A DNA stretch of 31,954 nucleotides from a bacterium (GTDB lineage: Bacteria; Sysuimicrobiota; Sysuimicrobiia; Sysuimicrobiales; Humicultoraceae): contig JBGQGY010000030.1 in the NCBI GenBank assembly GCA_041497675.1, positions 1 to 31,954 on the forward strand, in the 5' to 3' direction. The notes under the pieces were generated by a model. That model was not told the DNA's origin and searched no databases. It was given only the letters and a program-made list of their open reading frames with translations. The translations under genes and the position numbers were made by a program. Of this stretch, positions 18,724-27,433 are shown piece after piece; within the stretch, counting starts at the first letter, position 1; every line of letters starts with the position of its first letter.

Positions 18724-19839
18724 ATGAACCCTCCGTCGCTCACCATTGGGATCGAAGAAGAATATCAGATCGTCGACCCGAACACGCGCGAGCTGCGTTC
18801 GTATATCACCGAGATCCTCGAAGGTCAGAATCTCGTGCTGCGCGAGCAGGTCAAACCCGAGCTACATCAGTCGATCGTCGAAGTCGGCACGACGGTGTGC
18901 CGCACGGCGGCAGAGGCGCGTGCGCAGTTAGTCCGCCTGCGCAGCGAGATTACCCGCGTGGCGGGCCGCACGGGTCTGAAGATCGCCGCGGCGGGCACGC
19001 ACCCGTTCTCGTCATGGCTCAAGCAGGAGATCACACCCTACGACCGCTACATGGGCGTCAAAGAAGACATGCAGGATCTCGCCCAGCAGTTGCTCATCTT
19101 CGGCACCCACGTGCACATCGGGATCGAGGATCGTGAGTTTCTGATCGACGCGATGAACGTGTCGCGGTACCTGCTCCCACACGTGTTGTGTCTCTCGACC
19201 AGCTCACCGTTCTGGATGGGTCGCAACACGGGTCTCAAGTCCTACCGCAGCATCATCTTTCGCAACTTCCCACGGACCGGCATTCCCAGGGCGTTTCAAT
19301 CGTGGGCCGACTTCTCGTACATGATCGACACGATGGTCCAAACCCACAGTATCCCCGACGGGACCAAGATCTGGTGGGATGCGCGGCCAAACTGGAACTA
19401 CCCAACCCTCGAGTTTCGCATCTGCGATGTGTGCACCCGCGTCGACGAGGCCGCCTGCATTGCCGCGATCCTACAGGCGATCATCGCCAAGTGCTGGAAG
19501 TTGCGGCGCGACAACTTGACCTTCCGAGTCTACCCCGCGGAGTTGATCGAAGAGAACAAGTGGCGCGCCGTGCGCTACGGTCTCGACGGCAAGCTGATTG
19601 ACTTCGGCAAGCAGGCCGAGTTGCCGGCCCGCGATCTGATCCGCGAAATGTTGGAGTGGTTTATCGGGGACGTCGTCGATGAGCTCGGCAGCCGGAAGGA
19701 AGTCGAGTACGCCTACCGCATCCTCGAGGAAGGCACCAGCGCCGACCGGCAGCTGGCGACCTTCGAGCGAACGGGCGATCTGAAGGCCGTGGTCGATCAG
19801 GTCGCACAAGAAACGATGGAAGGCGTGCCGGCCGCCTGA
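18724..19839 (+). CDS. Carboxylate-amine ligase, YbdK/GCS2 family (glutamate--cysteine ligase 2-like)
   Basis: 'TIGIEEEYQ', 'AAGTHPF', 'FGTHVHIG', 'SSPFW.G..TG..SYR', 'WWDARP', 'TLEFRICD', '[10 protein letters not shown]'; GAGGAG RBS 1 nt gap from the upstream stop. Confidence 0.93.
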   Translation: MNPPSLTIGIEEEYQIVDPNTRELRSYITEILEGQNLVLREQVKPELHQSIVEVGTTVCRTAAEARAQLVRLRSEITRVAGRTGLKIAAAGTHPFSSWLKQEITPYDRYMGVKEDMQDLAQQLLIFGTHVHIGIEDREFLIDAMNVSRYLLPHVLCLSTSSPFWMGRNTGLKSYRSIIFRNFPRTGIPRAFQSWADFSYMIDTMVQTHSIPDGTKIWWDARPNWNYPTLEFRICDVCTRVDEAACIAAILQAIIAKCWKLRRDNLTFRVYPAELIEENKWRAVRYGLDGKLIDFGKQAELPARDLIREMLEWFIGDVVDELGSRKEVEYAYRILEEGTSADRQLATFERTGDLKAVVDQVAQETMEGVPAA

Positions 19840-19852
19840 CGGCCGGGCCCGC

Positions 19853-21145
19853 TCACCGCGCCTTCAGCGCATCCCGAAAGAACGCCACCACCTTCGGCCA
19901 CGAGTCCGCGGCCGCGGCGGCGTTGTCCTTCCCGTTGCCACCGAACGCGAGCCATCGTCCCGCCAATGGGTGAAGAGACGCGGTGATCGTCGCCGGCGTG
20001 CCCGGCTGGCCGATGACATGTCCGGCGCCAGGATACGACAGATGCTGGTATAGGTACCGGTGGTGATGCTGGGCCAGCCGCTTCATGGCGATCTCCGCGA
20101 GCACCGGGGATGGCCACATCTGATCATCCTGCCCGGAGATCAACAACACTGGGCCGTTGATCCGCTCGACGGGGATCACCGCGGCCTCGACCGCGTCGCG
20201 GTCCTCCATCGCACGCAGGAAGATCGGCGTCAGCGGCAGCGGTTCTGACGTCACCGGCGTGGGTTCCATCTGACCGACGTTGCGTGACGACAAGAACGGC
20301 ACCGGTTCGCCTCGGTACGTCCATGCCGGCCTCCGGCGGGCCTCCTGCAGGCCACCGCCCGAGATGCCCGCGTGCGCGATGCCGCTGGGTACATAGCCCA
20401 CGACCGCCTTGAACGCGGGGAACGTGGCACCCAGCAGCAGCGCCAGTTCACCACCGCGCGACCCGCCCATCACGCCGAGCGGTTGGTCTCCGACGGCCTC
20501 CTGACCGCGCAGCCAGAGGATCGCCTTTTCGAAGTACTCCAACGGGATCTCGACGAGCGACTCGGGGAGGTGCTCGGCGCGGAAGTATGCCAGCGCCAGG
20601 CTCGCGAAGCCGTGGGATGCCAGCAGCGCCGCGCTCGTCTCGGGCACCCCACCACCGGATCCGGGCACCACGATGATCGCGGGGCGAGGCATCGTACCGG
20701 CGGGTCGGAAGAAGGTAGCGACCAGTCCATGGTCTCGCACGTCCGTTCGCGACACGTCCGGCGCGGCGAAGTATCGGGTGACCCGCGCCGTTGCGACCGG
20801 CGTCGTGCCCGTTTCTACCGCAAACTCTGTTTCGAGTGGCGCCGCGCTGGTCAACAATCCCGTGGGCTGGCCCTCGCCGAGCCTCATCGACCAGAGCAAC
20901 CCGCGCGGGTCGGCATCTTCGTACGTACCGGCGACCGGGCGCTGTCGCGTGACGTCGACCACACCGCCAGTATCGGCCTCGAAGGCGGCATGAGATTCCC
21001 AGTGACGTCGCAGCCCATCGCGCATACGCGCGCGAACGGTGACGGCCTGACCGGGCCGGCAGCCAGACACCACGATGCTCGGCGGGTCGTCGACACGCGC
21101 GGGGGACGGCATGACGACCAGGCGAAGACCCTTCATCTCACTCAC
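19853..21145 (-). CDS. Acyl-CoA thioesterase / bile acid-CoA:amino acid N-acyltransferase (BAAT) family
   Basis: N-terminal BAAT domain 'GTY...DP.GLLWSM'; 'GSGGG'; nucleophile GGSRGGE; 'DDQMWPS'; 'YPGAGH'. Confidence 0.9.
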   Translation of the reverse strand: MSEMKGLRLVVMPSPARVDDPPSIVVSGCRPGQAVTVRARMRDGLRRHWESHAAFEADTGGVVDVTRQRPVAGTYEDADPRGLLWSMRLGEGQPTGLLTSAAPLETEFAVETGTTPVATARVTRYFAAPDVSRTDVRDHGLVATFFRPAGTMPRPAIIVVPGSGGGVPETSAALLASHGFASLALAYFRAEHLPESLVEIPLEYFEKAILWLRGQEAVGDQPLGVMGGSRGGELALLLGATFPAFKAVVGYVPSGIAHAGISGGGLQEARRRPAWTYRGEPVPFLSSRNVGQMEPTPVTSEPLPLTPIFLRAMEDRDAVEAAVIPVERINGPVLLISGQDDQMWPSPVLAEIAMKRLAQHHHRYLYQHLSYPGAGHVIGQPGTPATITASLHPLAGRWLAFGGNGKDNAAAAADSWPKVVAFFRDALKAR

Positions 21146-21178
21146 GTCGCGTCTCCTTCGAGGGCGCTGGTATCGAAG

Positions 21179-22393
21179 TTACCAGGTCTTTCGCGGATAC
21201 CGGGTCAGCGACTCGCAGCCGCCCTCTGTGACCAGCACGACGTCTTCGATGCACGCGGTCCCCACCCCGTGCCGGATGATCATCGGCTCGAGGTAGAACG
21301 TCATCCCGGCCTCGAGGACCTCCTCGGTCCCCCAGTGGAAGTGCGGCTCCTCGAGGTACGTCAGTCCGCCGCCGTGTCCGAAGCACTGCCGCGTGTAATC
21401 GTACTCCAGCAGCCCGGCCTGCTGGGCGATCGCCTCCATCGCCCGCTGGAGATCGGCGATGCGGGCTCCCGCGCGGATCTGCTCCCGCATCCGCTCGTTC
21501 TGTTCCAGCACGGTCTCCAGCATGTGCCGGATCTCAGCGCTGGGCGTCCCCGCAACAAAGTTGCGCGCGGTATCGGTACGGTAGCCTGCGAGCGCGCAGC
21601 CCTGATCGATGAAGATCAAGTCGTTCTCCTGCACCACCCGGCCCGACGGCCCGATGTTCTTCAGCGAGGTCCGGGGGCCGGACTGGCACCCGCCGCCGGG
21701 TCGCTCACCACCGGCAGCCTGCATCGCCTGGATGGACGCCGCCATGATCTCCCACTCCGTCACTCCCGGCCGGATCGCGCGCGCCGCGGCAGCATATCCT
21801 AAGTCGGTAATCTCGGCCGCGCGGCGGAAGGCTGCCTGCTCGCGCGGGCTCTTGATCCGCCGCATCGTGCTGAGCAGGTGGTCGGCGGGCTTCACAGTCA
21901 TCGCCGGCACACGGGCGGCCAGCGCCTGTTCGATCACGCGGGGGATGATGCCCGCCCCGACGATCCCAAGGGTACCCGTCGTCACCCCCCACTCGTGCAG
22001 GACGCCTCCGGCGACGTTTCCGATGTTCTCCGGTGTGGCCGTCGAATGCGGGTGCAGCACCGGACGCACATCTTGAATGAACGTCGTGTGAAAGCTCGAG
22101 TGCATGGGCTCGCCGTGGAAGATCGCGTTCGTGACAAGCACGGGCTCGCCGTCGCGTGGCACCAGCAGCACGCCGGCGCCCCAGAAATTGTCAAACCCGA
22201 CAAGATACTTGATGTTGGTCCATTCGCCGGCCTGGTAGACGGCCAGGACGTCAAAGCTGTGGGTGCGCATCAGGCGCTGCGCCGCCGCCCAGCGCGCGTG
22301 ATACTCGTCGATGGGGAACGGGATCTCCAACCACTTCAGCCGTTCGGCGCGATCATAGGGAATCTTGTTGTGCTCGTACCGGCTCCCCATCAC
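21179..22393 (-). CDS. M24 (Xaa-Pro peptidase / creatinase fold) family enzyme, non-canonical
   Basis: Creatinase-like N-domain, 'RRIKS..E', metal ligands IDQG, RTD, GHG, LEP, IED. Start is either GTG 22393 or ATG 22390. Confidence 0.88.
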   Translation of the reverse strand: MMGSRYEHNKIPYDRAERLKWLEIPFPIDEYHARWAAAQRLMRTHSFDVLAVYQAGEWTNIKYLVGFDNFWGAGVLLVPRDGEPVLVTNAIFHGEPMHSSFHTTFIQDVRPVLHPHSTATPENIGNVAGGVLHEWGVTTGTLGIVGAGIIPRVIEQALAARVPAMTVKPADHLLSTMRRIKSPREQAAFRRAAEITDLGYAAAARAIRPGVTEWEIMAASIQAMQAAGGERPGGGCQSGPRTSLKNIGPSGRVVQENDLIFIDQGCALAGYRTDTARNFVAGTPSAEIRHMLETVLEQNERMREQIRAGARIADLQRAMEAIAQQAGLLEYDYTRQCFGHGGGLTYLEEPHFHWGTEEVLEAGMTFYLEPMIIRHGVGTACIEDVVLVTEGGCESLTRYPRKTW

Positions 22394-23577
22394 TTGCCGT
22401 CAAACTCAGCCCGCGCCTTCCCGAGCAAACCGGGATCCGCCAGCAGGTCGACGATCGACGTCGCCATGGCCTTCACCGCGATGAGCATGCCCGCCAGGGC
22501 CTGATCGGTACAGGCGCCCGCCGCGAACTCGGGCGTGTGAAAGTTTGTACCCGGGGCATGCGTGGCAACGGCAAACCCGGCGGCCGGCACGACCTGGCTC
22601 ACGTTTCCGAAGTCGGACGATGCCGCCCGCTCGGGCGGTGTCGGCCTCGGGTCCGGCACGGTCAGGCCCAGGGTGCGCAGGTTCTCCCGCAGCACGCTGC
22701 CCAGCGTGGGGTTGGATTTCATCGCATCATACCGCATGAAGGTCACGATCTCCACCGTCGTGCCGGTGGATGCGGCCGCGCCCCGGGCGGCGTCCTCGAT
22801 CCACGCGGCGACCTGCTGTAAATACTTCGTGTCGAACGAGCGGACGCCGATGCGGGCGGCGGCCACCTCCGGCGTGATATTGAACGCCTGTCCGCCGTTG
22901 GTGATGATCCCGTGCAGGCGGACGTCGGGCCTCAATTGCTGCCGCATCGCGTTCAGCGCGTTGAACAGGAGGATGACGCCGTCGAGGGCGTTGCGGCCCT
23001 CCCAGGGACCAAAGGCGGAGTGGGCGCTTTTCCCCCGATAGGTGATGTCGAGTCCCCGCAGCGCCAGCGACGCTCCACCGACGGCGGCGGAGTTCGCTTC
23101 GCCGGGATAGGGGTGAAACATCATCACGGCGTCGACGCCCTTGAAGACGCCCGCGTCGATCATGACGGGCTTCCCACCGCCGACCTCTTCGGCCGGCGTC
23201 CCAAACACCTTGACGGTACCGCCCAGGGCATCCACCGCCAACCGGGCGCAGAGGCCGGCGCCGATCGCCGAGGGACCGATGAGATTGTGCCCGCAGGCGT
23301 GACCAAGTTCGGGCAGGGCGTCGTACTCGGACAGGACCGCGATCACGGGGTGGCCGCTACCGTAGGTCCCGGCAAACGCGGTGGCCAGGCCCGCGACGTC
23401 GCGCTCCACGGAGAACCCGTTGTCCTTCAGGGCCGCCGAAAGCCAGCCGGCGGCCTGCGCTTCCTGAAACGCGATTTCCGGCCGGGCGTGCATCTGTCGG
23501 CTGATCCCGACAAGCACAGGAAAAATCTCCGCGGCCGCGCGCGAGACTCGCTCTTTCAGTGCTGTGTGTGTGCTCAT
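22390..23577 (-). CDS. M20 family amidohydrolase (ACY1L2/PM20D2-like)
   Basis: 'H..PEIAFQE', 'EYDALP..GHACGHN', 'GTPAEE.GGGK', 'MFHP', 'GRNALD', 'SSDFGNVS', 'FHT'. Confidence 0.92.
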   Translation of the reverse strand: MSTHTALKERVSRAAAEIFPVLVGISRQMHARPEIAFQEAQAAGWLSAALKDNGFSVERDVAGLATAFAGTYGSGHPVIAVLSEYDALPELGHACGHNLIGPSAIGAGLCARLAVDALGGTVKVFGTPAEEVGGGKPVMIDAGVFKGVDAVMMFHPYPGEANSAAVGGASLALRGLDITYRGKSAHSAFGPWEGRNALDGVILLFNALNAMRQQLRPDVRLHGIITNGGQAFNITPEVAAARIGVRSFDTKYLQQVAAWIEDAARGAAASTGTTVEIVTFMRYDAMKSNPTLGSVLRENLRTLGLTVPDPRPTPPERAASSDFGNVSQVVPAAGFAVATHAPGTNFHTPEFAAGACTDQALAGMLIAVKAMATSIVDLLADPGLLGKARAEFDGK

Positions 23578-23700
23578 CTACCCCACCTGGGCCGCCAGCG
23601 AGCCGCTCATGACGGCGCGGGATCTCGGGCCACGATCGCGTATACTACATAGGCTTCTCGTACTTGAATAACCTTCTAGCAACTGTGGAGGTGGTTACGT

Positions 23701-24264
23701 GTGTCGCTCCCTGCCACGATGAATCCCCGCCTCGCCACGCTGATCCGCGCCATTCGTGGCGCCGTGCGGGCGACGGGTGATCCGGCGGGCGTCGCGGGCC
23801 GGGTCGCGGCGGCGCTGCGACCGAACCTCCACGAACCCGATTTGCTGGCCCCGGCGCAGCGCGCATCGAATCCCGCCGGCTACCAGCAACACATCCTGCA
23901 CGTCGAAGACGATGGCAGTTTTTCGATCGTCTCGCTCGTGTGGCTGCCCGGACAGGCGACACCGACCCACGATCACATCTCCTGGTGTGTCGTTGGCGTC
24001 TACGAGGGCGAAGAGCACGAGAGTCAGTACCGGCTCGCCCAGGAAGGGTCCGCGACGTGCCTCATCGAAGCCGGGCAATCGGTCAATCCGACGGGAACGG
24101 TGGCGGCCTACACACCCCCAGGTGATATCCACAAAGTGACGAATCGGGGCCCCGCGATGGCCATTTCCCTGCATGTCTACGGAGCCGATATCGGCAAGCT
24201 GGGCACGAGTATCCGTCGGCGTTACGACCTACCGGTGAAAGGGGAGTCGGTGCATGGGCACTAG
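23701..24264 (+). CDS. Thiol (cysteine / 3-mercaptopropionate) dioxygenase family cupin, Gln-type
   Basis: YQQHILH, 'FSIVSLVWLPGQ.TP.HDH' (H90, H92), 'GDIHKV' (H144), 'SLHVYG' triad; GGAGG RBS. Confidence 0.88.
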   Translation: MSLPATMNPRLATLIRAIRGAVRATGDPAGVAGRVAAALRPNLHEPDLLAPAQRASNPAGYQQHILHVEDDGSFSIVSLVWLPGQATPTHDHISWCVVGVYEGEEHESQYRLAQEGSATCLIEAGQSVNPTGTVAAYTPPGDIHKVTNRGPAMAISLHVYGADIGKLGTSIRRRYDLPVKGESVHGH

Positions 24265-25264
24265 CACCTCGTTTGGTCTGACGCTGCCCAACCGTGGGGT
24301 GGCCCTCGGCGCGTTTACAACCAAGCAACTCCTGGACCTGGCCGAAGCCGCGGAAAGTTCCGGCCTCATGGACCATGTGTGGGTGGGGGACAGCATTCTG
24401 AGCAAGCCGCGGCTGGAGGCCATCGCTCTGCTCGGCGCGCTCGCCGCCCGCACGAAGCGGGTGATGCTGGGTGTCGGATGCATGGCGACGATCGTGCAGC
24501 GGCATCCGGTGCTGTTTGCACTGCAATGGGCCAGTCTCGATGTGATCTCCAACGGCAGGATGCTGCTCGCCGCCTGTCTAGGCTACCCGGGTAGCCAGAC
24601 ACCCGCGGCCGCGCACGAGCTCCAGGTGATGGGTGTGGAGAGCAAGGACCGACCCCGTCGCTTCATCGAGATGATCGGCGCGTTGCGTCTGCTCTGGAGC
24701 GATCCGCACGCCACGTACCGCGGGCGGCACTACGCGTTCGAGAACGTCGACCTGCAGCCAAAACCCGTACAGCAGCCCTGCCCGATCTGGATCGCGAGCA
24801 ACCCGTCCGAGCAGACCATCGGCAAGGAGGGCGTCGAACGGGCGCTGCGTCGCGTCGGCGAGCATGCTGACGGTTGGATGACCACGATCGTGGCACCCGA
24901 CGCGTTCCGGGCCCGATGGGCGCGGGTCAAAGAGCATGCCCGGGCGGCGGGACGCGACCCGGACCGGTTGAAGTCCTGTCTCTATTTCAACCTGAACGTG
25001 CAGAGCGACGTCGAACGCGGGTTCCGCGAGAGCAAGGAGTTTCTCGACGCGTACTATGGGTCGAACTTCGACAAATGGTTTGTCGACGCCTGGACGGCAT
25101 ACGGCCCGCTGGACACCTGCGTGGCCAAGATTCAATCGTACATCGATGCCGGCTTCGACATGATCACCATCCGGCTGACGGCGTGGGACCAGGCGACGCA
25201 GTACCGCATCTATACTCAGGACGTCTTGCCCGCGTTGCGCGCAAAGGCCTTGAGGGCCTCATGA
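24254..25264 (+). CDS. Luciferase-like (LLM class) flavin-dependent oxidoreductase, copy 1
   Basis: 'DHVWVGDS', 'LAARTKRV.LG', 'ASLDVISNGR', 'PKPVQQPCPIWIA', 'ADGW'. Confidence 0.92.
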   Translation: MGTSTSFGLTLPNRGVALGAFTTKQLLDLAEAAESSGLMDHVWVGDSILSKPRLEAIALLGALAARTKRVMLGVGCMATIVQRHPVLFALQWASLDVISNGRMLLAACLGYPGSQTPAAAHELQVMGVESKDRPRRFIEMIGALRLLWSDPHATYRGRHYAFENVDLQPKPVQQPCPIWIASNPSEQTIGKEGVERALRRVGEHADGWMTTIVAPDAFRARWARVKEHARAAGRDPDRLKSCLYFNLNVQSDVERGFRESKEFLDAYYGSNFDKWFVDAWTAYGPLDTCVAKIQSYIDAGFDMITIRLTAWDQATQYRIYTQDVLPALRAKALRAS

Positions 25265-26439
25265 CGGGAGCCACCACCGCAATACCCGACGGCATTCCCC
25301 AGGCAGAGGTGTTGAATCGACTCAACCGGCTGAAGACGCTGGCGCGGGAGCGAGGGTTGGCCGGGCTGGTGGCCGTCGCCCGCTCCTTCTACGATCGCCC
25401 GGCCAACGTCGCCTACCTCTCCAACCATTTCCCGCCGTTTCCGACCGGAATGTTTTGGGGCGAGGCCCGGGGTCTCGGACACGCCGCGCTGATCATTCCC
25501 CTAGACGGTGAGCCGGTGCTGTTTTTCGACACGACGGTCCGGCGGGATCTGGTGCCCATCAAGGACTGCCGCCACGCCCGCAACTTCAGCCGGTCCATCA
25601 GCGACGCGTTACGGGAGAAGCAGCTCGCGGCGGCCCGCGTCGGTCTCCTCGGCGACGACCTCATGCCGGTTGCGATGTACCGCGAGATCACGCAGGCGTT
25701 GCCGGGTCTCACGTTGGAGCCCGCCGACGACCTGCTGACGTCACTCCGCCTGATCAAGAGCGAGCGCGAGCAACAGCTCATGCGGCGGGCCTGCGCGATC
25801 TGCGATATCGGGTACACAGCGACGTTCAATGCCATTCGCGACGGCGCCACGGAGGCCGCGGTGTGCGGCGCGGGCATCGGCGCTGCGATGACCGCGGGCG
25901 CGGACTTTATTCGCTATCTGCGGACCCACTCGGGTCCCTACAGCGCCTGGGGCATCCGTTGGCCCCAGGCCATGGACCGGGTCATGCGCAACGGCGAAAT
26001 GCTCGCGTTGGATCTGATCGGCGCGTATTGGGGGCAGCAGTTCGACGTGCTGCGAAGTACGGTCGTCGGCCGTAAGGCCACCGAGGCGCAGAAGAAGCAG
26101 ATGGAAACCGCTCTCGGCGCGACACGGGCCGCCGTCGCCTCCGCGCGGCCGGGAGTCCTCGCGGAGGATCTGGTGAAGGCCGCCAACCAGGTCATCGAGA
26201 GTCAGGGGTTTGGGAAGTTTGCCCGGCCGTTCATCGGCCACGGGATCGGGTATGAGACGATGGAGCCGCCGCTGTTGGCGATGGGCGATCGGACGCCGCT
26301 CCGGCCGGGGATGGTGATCTGCGTCGAACCCGGCATCAACATTCCGGACGTCGGGGGCGCGTGTATCGAAGAGCAGATTCTCATCACTGATGGAGCGCCA
26401 GAAGTGCTCAGCCGCTTTGAGCCGCGGCAGTGGGAGTGA
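25261..26439 (+). CDS. M24 (Xaa-Pro peptidase / creatinase fold) family enzyme, non-canonical
   Basis: Start ATG 25261 overlaps the upstream stop (ATGA). 'RLIKSERE', LDL, FDVLRS, GHGIG, VEPG, IEEQ. Confidence 0.88.
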   Translation: MTGATTAIPDGIPQAEVLNRLNRLKTLARERGLAGLVAVARSFYDRPANVAYLSNHFPPFPTGMFWGEARGLGHAALIIPLDGEPVLFFDTTVRRDLVPIKDCRHARNFSRSISDALREKQLAAARVGLLGDDLMPVAMYREITQALPGLTLEPADDLLTSLRLIKSEREQQLMRRACAICDIGYTATFNAIRDGATEAAVCGAGIGAAMTAGADFIRYLRTHSGPYSAWGIRWPQAMDRVMRNGEMLALDLIGAYWGQQFDVLRSTVVGRKATEAQKKQMETALGATRAAVASARPGVLAEDLVKAANQVIESQGFGKFARPFIGHGIGYETMEPPLLAMGDRTPLRPGMVICVEPGINIPDVGGACIEEQILITDGAPEVLSRFEPRQWE

Positions 26440-26449
26440 GGGATCGCTG

Positions 26450-27421
26450 ATGCAGTTTGGACTGACGCTGCCCAACCGCGGCGTCTTGATGGGCGCCGTG
26501 ACTTCCGATCAAATGCTGGATCTCGCTGAGGTTGCCGATCGATCTGGCGTGTTCAACAGTATATGGGTCGGCGACAGCCTCCTGGGCAAACCGCGGATGG
26601 AGTCGATCACGCTGCTGGCGGGCGTTGCGGCCCGCACGCGCCGCGTGCGCCTCGGTCCCGCCTGTATGGCGAGCTTCCCGCTGCGCGACCCGGTCCTCCT
26701 GGCGTACCAGTGGGCCAGCCTCGACCTGCTGGCCGGGGGACGCACCGTGCTCGTCGCCTGCACCGGCATCGTCCCGCAGGCCGGGGGCGCGGCGGAGGGC
26801 GCGCTCTACAATGTCGATAACAAGGCGCGGGCCCAGCGGCTGATCGAGTGGATCACGATCCTCAAACGCCTGTGGACCGAGGACAACGTCAGTTTCGAAG
26901 GCAAGCACTACCGCTTCTCCGACATCACGATCGAGCCCAAGCCTGCGGCAAAGCCACGCCCGCCGATATGGATCGCCAACAACTCGATGGCGCCGCGGGA
27001 GACGGTGGAACGGACCCACCGGCGCGCCGTCCGCCACGCCGACGGGTGGATGACGTCCCTCTCCGATCTCGAGGATGTCGCCTGGCGGATCAACGACGTG
27101 AGAGCGAAGGCCAAAGAGGCCGGACGCGATCCGGCCGCGCTCGAGACCTGTCTCTATCACAATATCAACGTGAACGAGGACCGCGAGGCAGCGCTGGCGG
27201 AATCGAAGCGGTTTCTGGATTCGTATTATATGGTCGACATGCCGCCCGCCCGCGTGGCGAGCTGGACGGCGGCCGGTTCCGTCGAGCAATGCGTCGAGCA
27301 CCTGCGCGCCTACGAGCGCATGGGGTTCCACTCGGTGGCGCTGCGCTGCACCTCGTGGAATCAGCAAGGGCAACTGCGGCGCGTGATCGACGAGGTGCTG
27401 CCGCACTTCAAGAGCGCCTGA
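26450..27421 (+). CDS. Luciferase-like (LLM class) flavin-dependent oxidoreductase, copy 2
   Basis: Start ATG 26450 (MQFGLTLPNRG) with GAGGG RBS; 'SIWVGDS', 'AARTRRVRLG', 'ASLDLLAGGR', 'PPIWIA', 'ADGW'. Confidence 0.92.
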   Translation: MQFGLTLPNRGVLMGAVTSDQMLDLAEVADRSGVFNSIWVGDSLLGKPRMESITLLAGVAARTRRVRLGPACMASFPLRDPVLLAYQWASLDLLAGGRTVLVACTGIVPQAGGAAEGALYNVDNKARAQRLIEWITILKRLWTEDNVSFEGKHYRFSDITIEPKPAAKPRPPIWIANNSMAPRETVERTHRRAVRHADGWMTSLSDLEDVAWRINDVRAKAKEAGRDPAALETCLYHNINVNEDREAALAESKRFLDSYYMVDMPPARVASWTAAGSVEQCVEHLRAYERMGFHSVALRCTSWNQQGQLRRVIDEVLPHFKSA

Positions 27422-27433
27422 GGAGGGTCGTTC

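Noticed and set aside
20372..21802. 476-aa plus-strand ORF and similar long antisense ORFs (10205..11236, 14575..15696, 26408..27406)
   Set aside because: They lie opposite well-supported genes, are Arg/Gly/His-rich shadows and have no recognisable motifs.
23563..23572. (TG)5 tract at the start of the M20 gene as a phase-variation site
   Set aside because: Too short, the frame is intact, and it is explained by Thr-His-Thr codons.
23641..23670. TATACT / TAGTAT / TTGAAT hexamers in the divergent region
   Set aside because: Promoters are likely here, but I could not find a convincing correctly spaced -35/-10 pair or operator palindrome.
24874..25260. Possible LLM-M24 fusion or frameshift implied by the 521-aa ORF
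   Set aside because: The LLM ends normally at 25264 and the M24 gene starts at the overlapping ATGA; this is ordinary translational coupling.
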